Shown piece by piece: positions 17,976-29,453 of a stretch of 64,000 nt of DNA. This stretch comes from an uncultured bacterium (lineage in GTDB: Bacteria > Muiribacteriota > Ozemobacteria > Ozemobacterales > Ozemobacteraceae), in the NCBI GenBank assembly GCA_964596185.1, contig CAZQUE010000001.1, positions 6,545 through 70,544 of the forward strand. Reading direction: 5' to 3'. Below the pieces are notes generated by a model that did not search any database, was not told where the DNA came from, and saw nothing but the letters and a program-made list of their open reading frames with translations. Each line of letters starts with the position of its first letter. Positions within the stretch are counted from its first letter, which is position 1. Made by a program: the position numbers and the translations under genes.

Positions 17976-20420
17976 ATGAAGATTTTAATAGTAGGGGGAG
18001 TGGCTGGTGGAGCGAGTGCCGCCGCAAGGGCCAGAAGAATAAATGAAGAGGCCGAAATAGTTCTTTTTGAGCGCGGCGAACATATTTCGTTTGCCAACTG
18101 CGGTTTGCCTTATCACGTCAGCGGGGTTATTGACACTAGAGATAAGCTGTTAGTGACCACTCCAGAAATTATGAAAGAAAAGTTTGCGATAGACGTTCGA
18201 ACTCATAATGAGGTACTCGAAATCAATCGCGAGAAAAAGCAGATTCTGGTGCGTAATCTGATAAAAAATGAAGATTACACCGAGACATACGACCATCTGA
18301 TTCTCAGTCCGGGGGCAGCTCCTTTCAAGCCGCCTATTCAAGGGGTTGACAGTAAAAACATATTTTCCCTTCGCAATCTCGAAGACATGGATAGGATCAA
18401 AAATGCTGCTGAGGGCGCCAAAGATGCTGTCGTAATTGGCGGCGGTTACATTGGTCTGGAAATGACCGAATCCCTTCGGCACATGGGAATCGATGTCGTG
18501 TTGGTCGAGCTTGCCCCGCAGGTAATGGGGCCTTCTGACCCAGAAATGGCTTCAATGCTTCATGCTGAAATCGAAATGAATGGGGTGAAGTTGAAGCTGG
18601 GTCAGTCAGTTACTTCTTTCGAGCAGATCGGTGATCGCTTAAAAGTTACATTGAGTTCGGGCGAGAAGCACGAAGTCGATCTGGCAATCATGGCTATCGG
18701 TGTGCGCCCTGAAAACAAGCTCGCCAAGGATGCCGGTCTCGACATTGGTGTAACGGGTGGAATCAAGGTCAACAGCTTCATGCAAACCAGTGATCCGGAT
18801 ATTTATGCGGTTGGTGATGCGGTTGAAGTAATTGACTTGATGTCAGGGCAGCCTGCGTTGATACCTCTTGCCGGTCCTGCCAATCGACAGGGACGCATTG
18901 CGGCCGACAATATATTTGGGCTCAAAAGAGAATATCGAAACACTCAAGGATCAGCAGTTTGCAAGGTTTTTGACCTTACATTTGCCATGACCGGTTTGAG
19001 TGAAAAGCAGGCAGTGAAAAATTCGATTAATTTTGACAAAGTATTTGTACACCCGGCAAATCATGCCAGTTATTATCCTGGCGCAACGTCGATTTCTTTG
19101 AAGGTTCTTTTCGATCCAAAAAACGGTAAAGTGCTCGGGGCTCAGGCGGTTGGTCTTGAAGGAGTCGATAAGCGCATCGATGTTTTAGCTGTAGCAATCA
19201 GAGCAGGTTTGACCGTATATGACCTTGAAGAACTTGAATTGTGTTATGCCCCGCCATACGGCTCTGCTAAAGATCCGGTTAACTACGCCGGCATGGTAGC
19301 TGCAAATATCCTTCGCGGTGCTGCAGAACATTTTCATGTCGCTGACATCGAGAAATTCGATTCAAATAAAAAGTTGATTGACGTAAGAACTCGTGAAGAA
19401 GTTTTGGCAGGAGCTATTCCTGGTGCAATGCATATTCCTCTGCATGAAATTCGTGAAAGAATTGGGGAATTGTCTAAGGAAAAAGAATACATGATCTACT
19501 GTCAGGCCGGTTTGCGTGGTTATCTTGCTTACCGGATTTTCAAGCAGAAGGGTTTGAAAGCATCTAACCTCGACGGTGGTTACAAGACCTATTGCATGGT
19601 CAACAAAAATGCACTTTATGATAAGAGTGAAATGACCGACGATGCCGGCGGTGAAATGGAAATGGCGGCAAATCAGGAAGACGGCGTTCTCAAAATCGTA
19701 AAACAGATAGACGTTTCCGGCCTGCAATGTCCGGGGCCGATAAGTAAGCTTCGCTCGGCTATTGACGAAATTGAAAAAGGTCAGGCAATAGAAGTGATAG
19801 CTACTGACCCTGGATTTGCTGCTGATGTTCCTGCCTGGTGCAGATCAACCGGTAACCAGTGCGTGAACATTGAGAAAATTCCTGGTGGCAAATTCAAAGC
19901 TACAGTAAAAAAGCTTGGAAAATTAGAATGCTCAGCAATCACTACCTGCCAGAAAAAAATGACCAATGTCATTTTCAGCAATGACCTCGATAAGGCAATG
20001 GCTGCTCTGATTATTGCTAATGGTGCGGCTGCGGCCGGTTATGAAACGACGCTGTTCTTTACATTCTGGGGTTTGAGCCTGTTACGCAAAGAACCCGAGA
20101 AGCCTGTCGAAAAAAATCTGGTTGAAAAGATGTTTGGCATGATGCTTCCTAAGGGTGTAAATGGTCTGAAGCTTTCAAAAATGCATATGGGCGGCATGGG
20201 TACGGCCATGATGCATAAAGTTATGGCTGATAAACATGTAACTTCGCTGAAAGATCTGCTCAAGAGTGCTATAGACAACAAGGTTAAGCTGGTGGCATGT
20301 TCGATGAGCATGGATGTGATGGGCATTAAAGAAACGGAATTGATCGATGGCGTTGAGATCGGTGGTGTGGCAATGTATATCGACGAATTGAGCAAGAGCA
20401 ATTCTGGTTTGTTCATCTAA
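17976..20420 (+). CDS. Four-domain fusion: CoA-disulfide/persulfide reductase flavoprotein, rhodanese, TusA-like and DsrE/DsrF-like
   Basis: N-terminus MKILIVGGVAGGASAAARARR plus SFANCGLPYH redox Cys. Rhodanese CQAGLRGY. TusA CPGP motif (GLQCPGPISKL). C-terminal roughly 110 aa DsrE-like with a conserved Cys region (VACSMSMDVMG). Confidence 0.75.
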   Translation: MKILIVGGVAGGASAAARARRINEEAEIVLFERGEHISFANCGLPYHVSGVIDTRDKLLVTTPEIMKEKFAIDVRTHNEVLEINREKKQILVRNLIKNEDYTETYDHLILSPGAAPFKPPIQGVDSKNIFSLRNLEDMDRIKNAAEGAKDAVVIGGGYIGLEMTESLRHMGIDVVLVELAPQVMGPSDPEMASMLHAEIEMNGVKLKLGQSVTSFEQIGDRLKVTLSSGEKHEVDLAIMAIGVRPENKLAKDAGLDIGVTGGIKVNSFMQTSDPDIYAVGDAVEVIDLMSGQPALIPLAGPANRQGRIAADNIFGLKREYRNTQGSAVCKVFDLTFAMTGLSEKQAVKNSINFDKVFVHPANHASYYPGATSISLKVLFDPKNGKVLGAQAVGLEGVDKRIDVLAVAIRAGLTVYDLEELELCYAPPYGSAKDPVNYAGMVAANILRGAAEHFHVADIEKFDSNKKLIDVRTREEVLAGAIPGAMHIPLHEIRERIGELSKEKEYMIYCQAGLRGYLAYRIFKQKGLKASNLDGGYKTYCMVNKNALYDKSEMTDDAGGEMEMAANQEDGVLKIVKQIDVSGLQCPGPISKLRSAIDEIEKGQAIEVIATDPGFAADVPAWCRSTGNQCVNIEKIPGGKFKATVKKLGKLECSAITTCQKKMTNVIFSNDLDKAMAALIIANGAAAAGYETTLFFTFWGLSLLRKEPEKPVEKNLVEKMFGMMLPKGVNGLKLSKMHMGGMGTAMMHKVMADKHVTSLKDLLKSAIDNKVKLVACSMSMDVMGIKETELIDGVEIGGVAMYIDELSKSNSGLFI

Positions 20421-20766
20421 TTAGAAACTGCAAAACTTTTAAGCGGTCACTGAGACTGGCATGGCCAGGTCGAAGTGGCCGTTTTTCACGCATTTATAGA
20501 CATTTAGATAGAAGTTTTTGCCTTCATGGTGAATATTTTAAAAAAATGAAAACAAGCTAAATTGAAATGAAAATGAAAGAAAATAAGCGCAATTTGCTAA
20601 AAAATGACTTAGAAGTCTGAAATTTGCCCGAAGGCATGTGCGGATTAATGTCGATAGACCTAGTAGATAAGGAAAAATAGGCCTGTTTTGACCGAAGCAG
20701 AAAGAAAGGAGGCAAAGGTAAGAATTAATATATAGAAATTCCGGTCTGAAAATTTAAGGAGTTTTA

Positions 20767-20811
20767 GCGCAAGGATGCGCTAAAGGACGACAATCAAGGA
20801 GGAAACATATG
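20767..20811 (+). promoter_or_regulatory. Putative CsrA-binding 5' leader of flagellin 2 (GGA hairpin plus GGA overlapping the SD)
   Basis: GCGCAAGGATGCGC, a perfect 4-bp stem with AAGGAUG loop (20767-20780), then CAAGGAGGAAACAT-ATG. Confidence 0.55.
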
Positions 20812-23052
20812 TCGTTGCGAATCAATCAAAACGTTCTTTCAATCAAAACCTATTCAAATCTTACTCAAACTAACAACCGGCTCGAAAAATCGATTTCGAA
20901 ACTAAGCTCAGGACTTCGAATCAACACAGCCGCCGACGATGCAGCCGGGCTGGCAATCAGCGAAAAAATGCGTCGGCAGATCAGAGGCTTGAACCGCGCC
21001 GCCCTCAATGCTCAGGATGGTATTTCCATGATCCAGACAGCAGAAGGTGCGCTCAATGAATCACAGAGTATCATGCAGAGAATGCGAGAACTTGCGATTC
21101 AGGCTTCCAACGATACACTTACCAGTAATGATCGCCTCGAAATACAAAAAGAGGTTAATCAGCTGCGCGATGAAATCGACCGAATATCGAATTCAACGGA
21201 ATTCAACACCAAAAAACTGCTTGATGGCAGCCAGTCGGCTTCAATTAGTTCTTCTTCAAAATTTGCCCGAGGCGTCGTGGTTGGCAACACAAATGGTGGT
21301 GGTGACTATCAGGTCAGCATTGCGCTTGTAAATGGCGGAATTTCTCAGATGCAGAGATCGCAGATCTTTACCGATGCTTCAAGCGGAGATCTGGCACGCG
21401 GAGACACCAGACTTGAAGACATTGCTCAGTTCTTCAATGAAGACGGTATCTCTTCAGTATCAAGTCCTCAGAAACTAACCATATCAGGGAATTCGGAATC
21501 AGTTGAAATAACCGTTGACGGCAAAATGACACTCGATCAACTTGCGGCAGCTCTTCAGCAGGCCTTAAGCGGTAGCAGTGGCCTTGGTATTGATAATTCA
21601 AGTTCTGGAGTAGTGAGCACTGCCCAGACCGGTGTAAGCGGCATGGGTGGGTATCTGGAATTGGTTTCTGGCTCTGCGGGAGATCGTGGTGACTTTTCTA
21701 TTGCCGGCCCTCAGGATCTGATTGACTCTCTTGGTCTTTCGGTGGTTAGAGAATCGGTCAACTCTCTGGTAGACGTGACTCTCAAAGATGCACAGGGTAA
21801 TTCCCGAACTACCAGAACCAGCAGTGATCGTGCCTATGGCCTGCTGAACGGCATTGATGTTCAGTTCCAGTCTCAGGCAGCCCAAATTGCCGGTTCTGGA
21901 GGCATTGAAAGTGGCCTGCGAATCTCGGTTGCCGGTGGTCTTGACTTCACTCTTGATGCTGGCGGCGGAAGCGTTGACATAACCATAGCTACAGGAAACT
22001 GGACGATGGAAGGCATTGCCAGGTCAATCAATCAGCAGATCGAAGATGAGATTGCTGCAGCTGCAGGCGGTGCTGATGAAGCTTTGCTGGGCTTGAGTGC
22101 TTCGGTTGTCGATGGAGAAATAAGGCTTTCATACGAACCGCAGTTGGTATCAGTTACCTCAAGCATAATTGATGTTTCGGCAGCCGCACCCGACAATGCT
22201 CTTGGTATGGTGGATGGTTCTTATAGCGGGTTCGTTGATGCCAGCAAAGACAGCGATTTCGTTATTCAGGGTCTGGGAACATATCGAGACGATGTTGCTA
22301 ACGGTACAGCCGTTACCTTCACTCTTACCGATGGAGATGGAGATGCCTCGGTATTGAACTCATACGCAACCACCGATGACCCGGAAGTTGCTGACATGAA
22401 AGAGATCAAAGAATTCCTTGCGAGTGCCAATGCAACCTTTGATGCTGATGATGTTCAGATTCGTGCCGATATGGTTAATGGCTCGTTGGCATTCACTGCC
22501 ACACGAGTTGGTCAGGAAAACCAGAACGGCGGTGCGCCTGTTGCAAGTAGGGTAACTTTGGCAGTTAACCAGGGGTTTGCTGAAACTCAGTTTGGTCTTA
22601 AAAACGGTACTAAATACGGTAGCGGCGATACCAACTTCCGGCTTCATGTTGTTGACAACAAGCCCCAGTTCCAGATCGGTGCCGACCCTGGACAGAACAT
22701 GCAGGTATCGATGGGCAACATGTCATCCAACGCTCTGGGTGTCGACAATCTTGATATGACTACAGTAAAAGGTGCTCAGGAAGCTTTGGTCAGAATCAAC
22801 AAAGGTCTTGACATGATTTCTGCTGAAAGATCAAAACTTGGTGCCTTTCAGAATCGTCTGGAATACGCCATTAACAACATCAGAAACACTTCAAGCAATC
22901 TGACTTCAGCTGAAGCTCGCATCAGAGACGCCGATATCGCCATGGAAATGATCGAGTTCACTCGCAATCAGATCGTGGCTCAGTCGGGCACCGCAATGTT
23001 GGCACAGGCAAACATGCTGCCACAAAGTGTTCTTTCGCTTCTCGGTCAGTAA
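20809..23052 (+). CDS. fliC: Flagellin, paralog 2 (747 aa)
   Basis: N-terminus [18 protein letters not shown]...[30 protein letters not shown] and C-terminus ...[19 protein letters not shown], with a variable centre. Confidence 0.9.
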   Translation: MSLRINQNVLSIKTYSNLTQTNNRLEKSISKLSSGLRINTAADDAAGLAISEKMRRQIRGLNRAALNAQDGISMIQTAEGALNESQSIMQRMRELAIQASNDTLTSNDRLEIQKEVNQLRDEIDRISNSTEFNTKKLLDGSQSASISSSSKFARGVVVGNTNGGGDYQVSIALVNGGISQMQRSQIFTDASSGDLARGDTRLEDIAQFFNEDGISSVSSPQKLTISGNSESVEITVDGKMTLDQLAAALQQALSGSSGLGIDNSSSGVVSTAQTGVSGMGGYLELVSGSAGDRGDFSIAGPQDLIDSLGLSVVRESVNSLVDVTLKDAQGNSRTTRTSSDRAYGLLNGIDVQFQSQAAQIAGSGGIESGLRISVAGGLDFTLDAGGGSVDITIATGNWTMEGIARSINQQIEDEIAAAAGGADEALLGLSASVVDGEIRLSYEPQLVSVTSSIIDVSAAAPDNALGMVDGSYSGFVDASKDSDFVIQGLGTYRDDVANGTAVTFTLTDGDGDASVLNSYATTDDPEVADMKEIKEFLASANATFDADDVQIRADMVNGSLAFTATRVGQENQNGGAPVASRVTLAVNQGFAETQFGLKNGTKYGSGDTNFRLHVVDNKPQFQIGADPGQNMQVSMGNMSSNALGVDNLDMTTVKGAQEALVRINKGLDMISAERSKLGAFQNRLEYAINNIRNTSSNLTSAEARIRDADIAMEMIEFTRNQIVAQSGTAMLAQANMLPQSVLSLLGQ

Positions 23053-23080
23053 TCGCTGACGGCCTTTTTTCCGCATTAAG

Positions 23081-23127
23081 ATCTGCCCGGGCTCTACGGA
23101 GCCCATGGGCAGATTTTTTTCTTTTAA
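23081..23127 (+). terminator. Rho-independent terminator after flagellin 2
   Basis: ATCTGCCCGGGCTC-TACG-GAGCCCATGGGCAGAT hairpin followed by TTTTTTTCTTTT. Confidence 0.65.
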
Positions 23128-23178
23128 AAAGACATGTTACCCCTTAAAATATTGGATAAAAAGAAACGGGGTTAGATT

Positions 23179-24075
23179 ATGTCTAGAAGTGTCGCGGAAT
23201 TAAAGAGGCTTATGGAACAAGGTGAGAACATATCTGCTTTGTTAAGAAAAGAAAAAGATTTGGCCATAAACACTGAGGAGATAATTGAAATAGCTTACGA
23301 TCTTCAAGCGGGTAGTTATATTGAGGCTCTTGAAAAAACTAAACATGCCGAGCAAATGTTAAGATGTTATCGAGCAATTGCTGAACTTCTCAAGAATTAT
23401 TGCCATTTTTCAAGCATTCTTGAGGCCGGTGTCGGCGAAGCTACGACTTTATCCGGTGTGTTGGCTAATTTAGAACAAAAAGTCCAAGCTTATGGCTTTG
23501 ACCTTAGCTGGTCAAGGATTGCTCACGCAAGATCGTATATGAACTCAAAGGGCCTCAGTTCTGACGGCCTTTGCACCGGAAATCTATTAAACATACCTTT
23601 TGCCGACAATTCGGTCGACCTTGTTTACACCTGTCATTCGATTGAACCAAATGGTGGTAACGAAGAACCAATTTTGGCAGAGTTATATCGCGTTTGTCGG
23701 AAGTACCTGATACTTTTTGAACCTGCCTATGAATTTGCTGATGACAAGGTGAAAAAGAGGATGAGAGACCATGGTTATTGCAGGGGCCTGGCAGATTTTG
23801 CAAAAAAGCTGGGTTTTAAAGTTATAGAACATGCTCTTTTTCACGAAACTACCAATCCAATGAATCCCACCGCAGTTACAGTCATTGAAAAGGGGACACA
23901 AGGAGAGTTCTTCGGTTCTGTCTTTGCTTGTCCTCGTCATAAAACACCACTTAAAAGGTTTGAAAATGTTTTTTTCAGTCCCGAAGCGTTAGTCGCTTAT
24001 CCAATAATTAACAATATTCCATGTTTGCGAATTGAAAATGGCATTTTAGCCAGCCATTTTGAAAATTTTATATAG
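23179..24075 (+). CDS. Class I SAM-dependent methyltransferase with a C-terminal Trm112-like zinc-ribbon-type tail
   Basis: Motif I LEAGVGEATT, an acidic post-I residue, motif VDLVYTCHSIEP. The C-terminal ...CPRHKTPL...AYPIINNIPCL resembles the Trm112/YbaR fold. Sits between flagellin paralogs. Confidence 0.55.
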   Translation: MSRSVAELKRLMEQGENISALLRKEKDLAINTEEIIEIAYDLQAGSYIEALEKTKHAEQMLRCYRAIAELLKNYCHFSSILEAGVGEATTLSGVLANLEQKVQAYGFDLSWSRIAHARSYMNSKGLSSDGLCTGNLLNIPFADNSVDLVYTCHSIEPNGGNEEPILAELYRVCRKYLILFEPAYEFADDKVKKRMRDHGYCRGLADFAKKLGFKVIEHALFHETTNPMNPTAVTVIEKGTQGEFFGSVFACPRHKTPLKRFENVFFSPEALVAYPIINNIPCLRIENGILASHFENFI

Positions 24076-24264
24076 GTACATCATCTTTTTGGCATTCTCG
24101 GACATTCGAAGTTGCATTTGCCCTTATTCAATTTAGAGATTTTTCCCAAAAAATACCTGGTCAGAAAATAGTTCTGATCGGGGTTTTTCTTTTCAGGTAG
24201 GAAAATTAAAAATGTTTTTTTTTGCTTGACCGAAATCGAATATTGAATAATATCTTCGCCCTAA

Positions 24265-24313
24265 GCGCAAGGATGCGCAATTTTCAAAATGATTCATGGA
24301 GGAATCAACTATG
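24265..24313 (+). promoter_or_regulatory. Putative CsrA-binding 5' leader of flagellin 3
   Basis: GCGCAAGGATGCGC hairpin at 24265-24278, then GATTCATGGAGGAATCAACT-ATG. Confidence 0.55.
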
Positions 24314-26611
24314 TCATTACGTATTAATCAGAATGTTCTTTCTATCAACACTTACAAGTCTGTAGCGCAGACTTCTGGTCGACTCGAGAAATCCATTCAA
24401 AAGCTAAGTTCCGGCTTGAGAATTAACGGTGCAGCGGATGATGCCGCCGGTTTGGCAATCAGTGAAAAAATGCGCCGACAGATTCGCGGCTTGAATCGCG
24501 CTGTGCTGAACGCCCAGGATGGAATTTCGATGATTCAGACTGCTGAAGGGGCACTAAACGAGACTCAGAGCATTCTTCAGCGCATTCGTGAGCTGGCAAC
24601 TCAATCCGCAAACGATACTCTGACCAGTAACGACAGGCTTGAGATTCAAAAGGAGGTGATCCAGCTTCGCGACGAAATTGATCGCATTGCGCGCAGTACC
24701 GAATTTAATACGAAGAAGTTACTTGATGGAAGTCAGACCGCGCTGATCAGTTCAAACTCTAACGCGGTAGAGGGTTTGGTTGTTGGCTCAATTGATGGCC
24801 TTGGCGCTGACTATGATGTAGAACTCGAGTTGGTTAAGGGCGGCATTGCCGAAATGCAGCGCTCACAGATTTTCACTATTGGGGATGGCAGTGGCAAACT
24901 TGCGGATGGCAACACTCAGCTGCAAAGTGTTGCGCAATTCTATGATTCTAACGGCGTGTTTATTCTTGAGACGCCACAGATCCTAACTTTAGGCGGTAAT
25001 ACTGAATCAACAGAAATAACCCTTGATCGACAAATGACCCTGGACAATCTGGCAGCCAGCATTCAGAATGCGATGGTTCGAATGACCGGATTGGGTTTAA
25101 GCAATTCTAAAGTGGCTACCGTAAACACGGCTGCAACGGGAGTTGCTGGAATGGGTGGATACATCGAAATCGTTTCTGGAAGCATTGGTGACAATGGTAA
25201 AGTCTCATTCTCATCTGATCAAAAAATAATCGATGCTTTGGGCATGAGTGTCACCAGAAAAGCTGTCAACAGTCAGGTTGAAGTGGCAATCAATGATGCA
25301 TTTGGAAACTCAAGAAAAATGAATGTTGATGGCAACCGTGTTTCTGGTTTATTGGACGGTATTGATTTGCAGTTCAACTCGCAGTCGGCACAAATTGCTG
25401 GTTCTAGAGGCTTGGAACAGGGATTAAATTTTGTAACCACGCAAACATTTACAATAAGCGTGAATAATACATTTATTAACATAGCGATCTCGGCCAATCC
25501 TAGCTTTGGTTGGTCGATGGAGGGAATTGCCCGATCGATCAATCATCAGATCCGCACGGCTATCGAGACTGGTGGTGGTCAGGAAAGACTGAAAGGACTT
25601 GCAGCAACTGTTGTAGAAGGTGAAATTCGCCTTACCTATGATCGTCCGACTTCAGTTGCTTCTACTGTTCCAAACACTATTATGATAACAAATGCTACCG
25701 GTACTGCAGATGAGATAGGTTTCTCTAATGGTTCGTTCAGCGGTTTTGTGGACGCCAGCAAAGATGAAGATTCCGTCGTTTGGGGTTTCAATCGCTACAT
25801 GGTCAGCGGTGAGACTCTGGTGCAAGCCGGAACAGTTATTGTTGTAAGTGTTGGGGATGGTGTTTTAGGTCGGGAAATTACAGTAATGACTACTTTGGGA
25901 ACCGCAAGCAAGACTGTGGCAAACATGGTTCTGTTCAGTCGATTTCAGGCCACTGTTAATGACGCATTTAGAACTGGATCGGTAGCAGTGCGAGTAGATC
26001 AAGTGGGCTCGGCAATTGCTTTTACAGCTCTAAAAGTGGGGACTAAGCATGAAAATGCCGGTCCAGTTGAGAGTATCGTTTCATTGTCCGACATTAATGA
26101 TGATAATGGTGTTTCAGCCGATTCTGCGGTTGAAAGAGCCGTAAATAGTATTCTAGGCATAAAAGAAGCTATTGCCAGAGGAAGTGGAGACAGCAACTTT
26201 AAGCTCCATATTGTCAACACCCAGGCTCAGTTCCAGATCGGTGCTGATCAAGGTCAGACAATGGAGATAAACATTGGCAACATGACTTCAAAGGCTCTGG
26301 GTGTCGACAAAATTGATCTTAGCACTGTTGAGGGTTCAAATAAGGCCATGGGCATGGTAAACAAAGCCCTTGATCGAGTGTCAACCCAACGAGCAAAGCT
26401 CGGCGCATACCAGAATCGTCTTGAATACGCAATCAACAACCTGCGCAACACTCACAGCAACCTGACTTCTGCCGAATCACGCATCAGAGATGCTGATATC
26501 GCCATGGAAATGATTGAATTCACTAGAAATCAGATCATCAACCAGTCGGGTACTGCAATGTTGGCTCAGGCAAATATGCTTCCTCAGGGGGTGCTGCAGC
26601 TACTTCAATAG
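24311..26611 (+). CDS. fliC: Flagellin, paralog 3 (766 aa from the MSLRIN start)
   Basis: Conserved flagellin termini. Start placed at the ATG at 24311 ([12 protein letters not shown]), 8 nt after GGAGGA. The upstream in-frame MEEST codons fall inside the SD and are rejected. Confidence 0.9.
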   Translation: MSLRINQNVLSINTYKSVAQTSGRLEKSIQKLSSGLRINGAADDAAGLAISEKMRRQIRGLNRAVLNAQDGISMIQTAEGALNETQSILQRIRELATQSANDTLTSNDRLEIQKEVIQLRDEIDRIARSTEFNTKKLLDGSQTALISSNSNAVEGLVVGSIDGLGADYDVELELVKGGIAEMQRSQIFTIGDGSGKLADGNTQLQSVAQFYDSNGVFILETPQILTLGGNTESTEITLDRQMTLDNLAASIQNAMVRMTGLGLSNSKVATVNTAATGVAGMGGYIEIVSGSIGDNGKVSFSSDQKIIDALGMSVTRKAVNSQVEVAINDAFGNSRKMNVDGNRVSGLLDGIDLQFNSQSAQIAGSRGLEQGLNFVTTQTFTISVNNTFINIAISANPSFGWSMEGIARSINHQIRTAIETGGGQERLKGLAATVVEGEIRLTYDRPTSVASTVPNTIMITNATGTADEIGFSNGSFSGFVDASKDEDSVVWGFNRYMVSGETLVQAGTVIVVSVGDGVLGREITVMTTLGTASKTVANMVLFSRFQATVNDAFRTGSVAVRVDQVGSAIAFTALKVGTKHENAGPVESIVSLSDINDDNGVSADSAVERAVNSILGIKEAIARGSGDSNFKLHIVNTQAQFQIGADQGQTMEINIGNMTSKALGVDKIDLSTVEGSNKAMGMVNKALDRVSTQRAKLGAYQNRLEYAINNLRNTHSNLTSAESRIRDADIAMEMIEFTRNQIINQSGTAMLAQANMLPQGVLQLLQ

Positions 26612-26878
26612 AGAGGCTGAAAATCAATACCTATAGACTCGGCTTGAGCCTGGAAAATATTTTGTAATAATTTCCTTCAAGCCGTGTCTCTAAGGGACTG
26701 TCTTTTGAAGTCCTGTTCTATCAGATAGAAAAGTCATCTGACGCACTTCTATCTGGGTAAGTTGTGGTGTAATTAACGGGCTGTTTAACTTGGAAAAATG
26801 CCGGAGGCACAAAAATTTAGAAAATATCACAAGAAATTGGGAAAGGGTGGTGGTAAGGCGAGTAACTACACCTAAATT

Positions 26879-26933
26879 GCGCATGGAAGCGCAAAAAAAT
26901 TCATCAATATGATTCATGGAGGAATCAGAAATG
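26879..26933 (+). promoter_or_regulatory. Putative CsrA-binding 5' leader of flagellin 4
   Basis: GCGCATGGAAGCGC hairpin with a GGA loop at 26879-26892, then GATTCATGGAGGAATCAGAA-ATG. Confidence 0.5.
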
Positions 26934-29216
26934 TCCTTACGTATTAATCAGAATGTCTTGTCAATTAGTACCTACAAAACCGTGGCCCAGACTTCAGGTC
27001 GCCTGGAGAAGTCTATCCAGAAACTGAGTTCGGGTCTAAGAATCAACAGTGCCGCAGATGACGCCGCAGGACTTGCAATAAGCGAGAAAATGCGCCGCCA
27101 GATCAGGGGCTTGAGCAGGGCTGTATTGAATGCTCAGGACGGCATTTCGATGATTCAAACTGCAGAAGGCGCTCTGAATGAAACTCAAAGCATTCTTCAG
27201 CGCATTCGTGAGCTGGCAACTCAATCGGCAAATGACACACTGACCAGCAATGATCGACTTGAGATACAGAAAGAAGTTATTCAGCTTCGCGATGAAATTG
27301 ACCGCATAGCAAGAAGCACAGAATTCAATACGAAAAAGCTGCTCGACGGCAGTCAAACGGCGTTGATAAGCTCGAATTCAAATGCGGTTGAAGGTCTTGT
27401 TAATGGTTCAATCAGTGGTGTGGGCGCTGACTATGATGTTGAGTTGGAACTTGTGAAGGGCGGCATTGCTGAAATGCAGCGCTCACAGATTTTCACTTTG
27501 GCAGATGGCAGCGGAAAACTTGCTGATGGAAACACTCAGTTGCAGAGTGTAGCTCAGTTTTACGATTCAAACGGGGTTTTCATTCTTGAGACTCCGCAGA
27601 TTCTCACTTTGAGTGGCAACACTCAATCGACTGAAATCACTCTTGACCGGCAGATGACTCTCGATAATCTCGCGGCAAGTATCCAAAACGCAATGGTTCG
27701 TTCCACGGGGTTGGCGCTGAGCAATTCAAAGGTGGCTACCGTAAGTACGGCTGCGACCGGCGTCGCTGGTATGGGTGGATACTTTGAAATTACCTCTGGT
27801 AGTATCGGAGAAAACGGAAAGATCTCTTTCTCGTCAGATCAGAAAATTGTTGATGCATTAGGCATGAGCGTCTCCAGAGAAGCTGTAAATAATCGGGTGA
27901 AAGTTAACCTGAATGATTCGTTTGGCAATTCAAGACAGCTTAACGTTGATGGCAATCGTGTTGCTGGACTGCTAAATGGCATCGATTTGCAATTTAGTTC
28001 CCAAACAGCGCAAGTTGCCGGTTCAAAAGGCCTTGAACAAGGGTTGAATCTTAATGCAGACCAGAGCTTCACGGTAACTTTAGATGGTGGGGACAATGTT
28101 ACAATCAACGTTTTGCAGAATGCCAACTATGGTTGGACTATGGAAGGAATTGCCCGGTCAATTAATCAGCAAATTACGGCTGCTGTTGGCTTGAATCCCA
28201 TGCTTAGGGGTCTGCAAGCAAGTGTGGTTGAGGGAGAAATCCGCCTGGCCTTTGAAAGACCGGCATCCGCTTCTGCAACTGTTGCAAACACCATTGCTAT
28301 TTCTGGCGCAAGTGCAGACATTCTTGGGATCTACAACGGTACATCCAGTGGGTTTGTAGATGGTAAAAAAGATGTTGCATTTTCAGCCTGGGGCTTTACC
28401 AGATATATGATATCAGGGCAATCCGGTATAGCTGATAATACGAATGTAGTAATAAGTGTAACAGATGGTGCTGGTGATAATGTGTCGATAACCTTGCTTA
28501 CCACAACTGGTACGGCAAATAAGACCGTTGCGGACATGGTATTGTTTTCAAACTTTCAGGCAGCAGCAAATAATGCATTAAGTGGCGCGGATGTCGACAT
28601 AAAAGTAGATCAGGTAGGCTCTTCAATTGCTTTCACCTCAAAATATGTCGGCACGCTTCATGAAAATTCCGGTTCAACTGATAGTTACGTTCAGTTGGCT
28701 AACTTCTCTGCCGGCACAACAGCTTCAGCAGCTACCCAAAGGGCTATTAACAGTCTCCTGGGTCTCTCTCAAAGCATCGCAAGAGGAAGCGGAGATACCA
28801 ACTTCAAACTCCATATCGTCGATACCAAGGCCCAGTTTCAGATAGGTGCTGACCAGGGGCAAACTATGGGTGTTGATATCGGCAACATGACTTCAAAAGC
28901 TCTTGGAGTCGATAAAATTGACCTTAGTACCGTTGAAGGTGCCAACAAGGCTATGGGAATGGTCAACAAAGCTCTAGACAGGGTCTCTACCCAGAGAGCG
29001 AAATTAGGCGCTTATCAGAATCGCCTTGAATACGCAATCAACAACTTGCGAAACACACACAGTAACCTGTCCTCCGCTGAATCTCGCATCAGAGATGCAG
29101 ATATCGCCATGGAAATGATCGAATTCACAAGAAATCAGATTATTAACCAATCAGGTACGGCGATGTTGGCTCAGGCTAATATGGTTCCGCAGGGAGTTTT
29201 GCAGCTTTTGGGTTAA
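26931..29216 (+). CDS. fliC: Flagellin, paralog 4 (761 aa from the MSLRIN start); very close paralog of flagellin 3
   Basis: N-terminal roughly 260 aa and C-terminal roughly 130 aa are nearly identical to the 24311 paralog. The central region is related but diverged. Confidence 0.9.
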   Translation: MSLRINQNVLSISTYKTVAQTSGRLEKSIQKLSSGLRINSAADDAAGLAISEKMRRQIRGLSRAVLNAQDGISMIQTAEGALNETQSILQRIRELATQSANDTLTSNDRLEIQKEVIQLRDEIDRIARSTEFNTKKLLDGSQTALISSNSNAVEGLVNGSISGVGADYDVELELVKGGIAEMQRSQIFTLADGSGKLADGNTQLQSVAQFYDSNGVFILETPQILTLSGNTQSTEITLDRQMTLDNLAASIQNAMVRSTGLALSNSKVATVSTAATGVAGMGGYFEITSGSIGENGKISFSSDQKIVDALGMSVSREAVNNRVKVNLNDSFGNSRQLNVDGNRVAGLLNGIDLQFSSQTAQVAGSKGLEQGLNLNADQSFTVTLDGGDNVTINVLQNANYGWTMEGIARSINQQITAAVGLNPMLRGLQASVVEGEIRLAFERPASASATVANTIAISGASADILGIYNGTSSGFVDGKKDVAFSAWGFTRYMISGQSGIADNTNVVISVTDGAGDNVSITLLTTTGTANKTVADMVLFSNFQAAANNALSGADVDIKVDQVGSSIAFTSKYVGTLHENSGSTDSYVQLANFSAGTTASAATQRAINSLLGLSQSIARGSGDTNFKLHIVDTKAQFQIGADQGQTMGVDIGNMTSKALGVDKIDLSTVEGANKAMGMVNKALDRVSTQRAKLGAYQNRLEYAINNLRNTHSNLSSAESRIRDADIAMEMIEFTRNQIINQSGTAMLAQANMVPQGVLQLLG

Positions 29217-29453
29217 GTCCTTGAGCTTATAATCAAACAAGAGTTCTGGTTAAACCAGGCAGTCTTTATGGCTGCCTGGTTGAATCAGGATAAATGGGTG
29301 CTTAAGAGAAAGTTTCAAGCGATTGAAACCGGACTGATAAAACTTGCCAGCGCTACTATTGGGAGCGTTTAGGTGAAAGAAATTTAGGGAAAGGTGGTGA
29401 TGAGACCCCGCAGATGTAGAAGTAATTGGGATGTAAAAATAGACAAATGCCTG

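Noticed and set aside
24296-24310. The upstream in-frame MEEST / MEESE / [13 protein letters not shown] extensions at the starts of flagellins 3, 4 and 5 given in the ORF track.
   Set aside because: Those codons are part of the conserved GATTCATGGAGGAATC SD/CsrA element. The ATG 8 nt downstream of GGAGGA gives the universal MSLRIN flagellin start.
29253-29281. The hairpin AACCAGGCAG...CTGCCTGGTT after flagellin 4, considered as a terminator.
   Set aside because: It is a good 10-bp stem but is not followed by a T-run. It could be an RNA stability element or a protein-dependent terminator. Not annotated as intrinsic.
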